A DNA stretch of 64,000 nt from an uncultured Pelagibacteraceae bacterium (GTDB taxonomy: Bacteria; Pseudomonadota; Alphaproteobacteria; Pelagibacterales; Pelagibacteraceae), in assembly GCA_902574035.1 (NCBI GenBank), contig CACGMC010000003.1, forward strand, positions 42,154-106,153. The letters run 5' to 3'. The first letter of the stretch is position 1. The number at the start of each line of letters is the position of its first letter. This document shows positions 61,277-64,000 of this stretch, piece by piece. The notes under the pieces are model-generated. The model saw only the letters and a list, made by a program, of their open reading frames with translations, was not told the DNA's origin and did not search any database. The translations under genes and the position numbers were made by a program.

Positions 61277-63348
61277 TGTTTAAAATTCAAAAAGAAGAAA
61301 TTGATTTTGGTGGAAAAAAGTTAGTTCTTGAGACAGGTAAAGTCGCCAGACAAGCTGATGGAGCCATAATAGCTAAATTAGGTGAAACAGTCGTAATTGC
61401 TACTGCTGTAGGATCAAAAAAAATTAATGAGGGTCAGGATTATTTTCCCTTATCTGTAAATTACCAGGAAAAATATTATGCAGCGGGAAAAATACCTGGT
61501 GGATACTTCAAAAGAGAAGCTAGGCCAACTGAAGCTGAAACTTTAATATCTAGATTAATAGATAGACCAATAAGACCCTTGTTTCCATCTGGTTTCATTA
61601 ATGAAGTACAGTTACTACCTACAGTACTATCTTACGACGGAGAAAATCAGCCAGATATACTCTCAATTATTGCTGCATCTGCTGCATTATCAATATCAGG
61701 ACTTCCTTTTCAAGGACCAATAGCTGCGAGCAGAGTAGGTTATAGAGACGGCAAATATTTGTTAAATCCCTCTTTAGAGGAATTGAAAACGTCAGAGCTT
61801 GATCTAGTTGTGGCCGGAACTAAGGATGCAGTTTTAATGGTTGAGTCTGAAACTTCAGGCTTATCAGAAAAAATAATGTTAGACGCGGTAAAATTTGGGC
61901 ATGAAAAATTTGTACCTATTATAAACTCAATTGAAAAACTAGCTAAAAAAGCAAGTAAACCTAAATGGGAAATCGAAGAAGTTGATAACACTGAATTAAA
62001 GAAAAAAATTACAAAAGAATTTGAAGGTGATCTTAGAAAAGCCTTTAAAGAAGTTGATAAGAAAAAAAGATCAACAGCTATTTCTGAAATTGACTCAAAG
62101 TGCAAAGAAATGTTCAAAGAGGATGAAAGCGTCACTGAAAATCAAGCAATGGCCCAGTTAAAATTTCTAGAGAAAGACATTGTTAGAACAGCAATTTTAA
62201 AAGATAAAAAAAGAATAGATGGTAGAGGCTTGGCTGATGTTAGAAAAATTGAATGTGAAGTAGGCGTTTTGCCGAGAACTCACGGTTCAGCTTTATTTAC
62301 AAGAGGTGAAACGCAGGCATTAGTCGTAACAACTTTAGGCATGTCAGATGATGAACAAAGGCTTGAAAGTTTAGATGGTATGCAGCGATCAAATTTTATG
62401 CTGCATTATAATTTTCCACCTTTCTCAGTTGGTGAGTGTGGCAGAATAGGAACGGGTAGAAGAGAAATAGGTCATGGAAAGCTAGCCTGGAGAGCTATAA
62501 ATTCATCATTACCATTAAAAGAAAATTTCCCTTATACCTTAAGAGTCGTTTCCGAAATAACAGAGTCAAACGGATCCTCTTCAATGGCAACTGTATGTGG
62601 AACTTCTTTATCACTTATGGATGCAGGAGTACCAATCAAAGAGCCAGTCGCAGGAATAGCCATGGGATTAATCAAAGAAGGTGAAAAGTTCTCAGTATTA
62701 TCTGATATTTTAGGAGATGAGGATCACTTAGGCGATATGGATTTTAAAGTAGCAGGAACAAAAGACGGTATTACATCTTTGCAAATGGATATAAAGATAA
62801 CTGGAATTACTTTCGAGATAATGGAGCAAGCATTAAATCAAGCTAAAGCCGGTAGAGAGTATATTTTGGGAGAGATGAATAAAGCTATTAAAACATCAAG
62901 AAAAGAGTTTTCAAAACACACACCTAAGATGGAAACAATAAAAGTCGATAAAAAAGACATTGCTACAGTAATTGGAAAAGGTGGTGCAACTATTAGAGAA
63001 ATAGTTGAAAAATCTGGAGCAAAAGTTGATGTCAAAGACACCGGAGAAGTGACTGTTGCTGCTCCTGATGAAAAATCAAGAAACTCTGCTATTGAGATTA
63101 TTAAAGGTTTGATTGCGAAACCTGAGGTTGGTAAAATTTATAAAGGCAAAGTGGTTAAAATTATGGAATTTGGAGCCTTTGTAAATTTTCTCGGGAAACA
63201 GGATGGTCTAGTGCATATTTCTGAACTTGCAGGCAAAAGGGTTGCTAAAGTGACCGATGTTGTAAAAGAAGGTGATGAAGTATCAGTAAAAGTTCTTGGT
63301 TTTGACAGAGGTAAAGTTAAACTTTCTATTAAACAAGCTGTAGCTTAA
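61276..63348 (+). CDS. pnp: Polyribonucleotide nucleotidyltransferase (PNPase)
   Basis: 690 aa with two RNase PH domains, KH and S1 domains. Confidence 0.98.
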   Translation: MFKIQKEEIDFGGKKLVLETGKVARQADGAIIAKLGETVVIATAVGSKKINEGQDYFPLSVNYQEKYYAAGKIPGGYFKREARPTEAETLISRLIDRPIRPLFPSGFINEVQLLPTVLSYDGENQPDILSIIAASAALSISGLPFQGPIAASRVGYRDGKYLLNPSLEELKTSELDLVVAGTKDAVLMVESETSGLSEKIMLDAVKFGHEKFVPIINSIEKLAKKASKPKWEIEEVDNTELKKKITKEFEGDLRKAFKEVDKKKRSTAISEIDSKCKEMFKEDESVTENQAMAQLKFLEKDIVRTAILKDKKRIDGRGLADVRKIECEVGVLPRTHGSALFTRGETQALVVTTLGMSDDEQRLESLDGMQRSNFMLHYNFPPFSVGECGRIGTGRREIGHGKLAWRAINSSLPLKENFPYTLRVVSEITESNGSSSMATVCGTSLSLMDAGVPIKEPVAGIAMGLIKEGEKFSVLSDILGDEDHLGDMDFKVAGTKDGITSLQMDIKITGITFEIMEQALNQAKAGREYILGEMNKAIKTSRKEFSKHTPKMETIKVDKKDIATVIGKGGATIREIVEKSGAKVDVKDTGEVTVAAPDEKSRNSAIEIIKGLIAKPEVGKIYKGKVVKIMEFGAFVNFLGKQDGLVHISELAGKRVAKVTDVVKEGDEVSVKVLGFDRGKVKLSIKQAVA

Positions 63349-63353
63349 TTTAT

Positions 63354-63869
63354 TTAAATTTTGTACTCAAAATTTTGAGTTTCTTTATTAACTTGAAGTT
63401 CAATAGCACCATTTCTTAAGTGAAATTTTCTAGCCATATCAGTCAATGGAGAGAGAGTTACTAATCTATTTAAATGGTTAGATTTTTTTATTTTTTTAAA
63501 CACCTCTTTAACAATAAGTTTACCCCCCCCTTTTTTTTTAGACCAGACTGTGTAAGCTATAGCTATTTTTCCAACTTTTTGATCTCTTCTAATACTTTGT
63601 AAGTGTGCATCTTTTGTCATTAAATCTAATTCATTAACTGTCTTCGGTATCTCATTTGTAAAACCGAAGCACATTATTGCACAAATTTCATTTTTATATT
63701 TTACAGCATAAATCTTACGACCATAACTAGTCCTAAAATCATTATTAAGCTCCGGTCGAATCGGATCTTCTTTAGGATCACAAGATTTAAGCTCAACTAA
63801 TTCAGCTCCTTTTATCCAGTCAAAGAAGTTTCCAAATTTCTCTCTTACCTTTTGATTTAAATTTTTCAT
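63354..63869 (-). CDS. Hypothetical protein with a possible GNAT-like fold
   Basis: 171 aa. IAIAYTVWSKKKGGGKLIVKEVFKKIKK looks like GNAT motif A, and ...MARKFHLRNGA like motif B. No specific family recognised. Contains an A9G8 homopolymer. Confidence 0.5.
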   Translation of the reverse strand: MKNLNQKVREKFGNFFDWIKGAELVELKSCDPKEDPIRPELNNDFRTSYGRKIYAVKYKNEICAIMCFGFTNEIPKTVNELDLMTKDAHLQSIRRDQKVGKIAIAYTVWSKKKGGGKLIVKEVFKKIKKSNHLNRLVTLSPLTDMARKFHLRNGAIELQVNKETQNFEYKI

Positions 63870-63946
63870 TCTAATGTTTATTTCTATTCTCTTTTAGTTT
63901 TTTTGGTTTTTCTTTTTATGCAATCTAGTAATGTGATTTTTGCAAG

Positions 63947-64000
63947 TTATGAGATATTTTTAGGGTCTGGCATTCCTACTTTGTTATATCCAGCATCAAC
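63947..64000 (-). CDS. Partial CDS: C-terminal 17 codons of an unidentified gene entering from the right edge
   Basis: This is the only open minus-strand frame at the edge. It reads ...VDAGYNKVGMPDPKNIS, with stop TAA at 63949..63947. Confidence 0.25.
   Translation of the reverse strand, partial: VDAGYNKVGMPDPKNIS

Noticed and set aside
1-64000. Search for mobile elements, CRISPR arrays, tRNA/rRNA genes, toxin-antitoxin or defence systems, and riboswitches
   Set aside because: There are no transposase, integrase or phage-like ORFs and no repeat-spacer periodicity. No spacer is long enough for a structured RNA gene except the candidate origin, which lacks tRNA- or riboswitch-like features. 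metK overlaps lnt and therefore has no leader. The window appears to be conserved core genome.

Overview
Very AT-rich, extremely gene-dense window. Most spacers are 0-5 nt and many start or stop codons overlap. Gene content and order are alphaproteobacterial. The composition and compaction suggest a streamlined marine lineage such as SAR11/Pelagibacter; this is an inference and no database was searched. I support about 70 protein-coding genes, nearly all core housekeeping: rho, hemJ-hemH-hemE, a duf299-maf-aroE-coaE-dnaQ block, secB, hslVU, hisBHAFE, ftsK-lolA, mnmE-mnmG-rsmG-parA-parB, holA-lptE-leuS, dnaKJ-grpE, maeB, murJ-trpS-nfu, tsaB-fur-miaB-phoH-ybeY-lnt-metK and nusA-infB-rbfA-rpsO-pnp. 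I found no rRNA, tRNA, CRISPR array, transposase, integrase, prophage or recognisable defence or toxin genes, so this does not look like an accessory island. The items worth a second look are small. (1) The longest non-coding gap (hemE | duf299) sits where Caulobacter and Rickettsia have their origin of replication. (2) Two parS-like palindromes lie inside rsmG just upstream of parAB. (3) Three small ORFs below the ORF-track cutoff exactly fill otherwise anomalous gaps: a basic 45-aa ORF between hisA and hisF, an ArfA-like KGKGS peptide, and a 53-aa membrane peptide after dnaJ. (4) Three divergent gene pairs have abutting or overlapping start codons. (5) There is a pseudo-receiver OmpR-type regulator, a half-length TsaB, and a two-gene cell-wall module (glucosaminidase plus deacetylase) that appears inserted into conserved synteny. 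(6) An A9G8 homopolymer lies inside an orphan GNAT-fold gene. All functional calls come from reading the translations; no searches were run.
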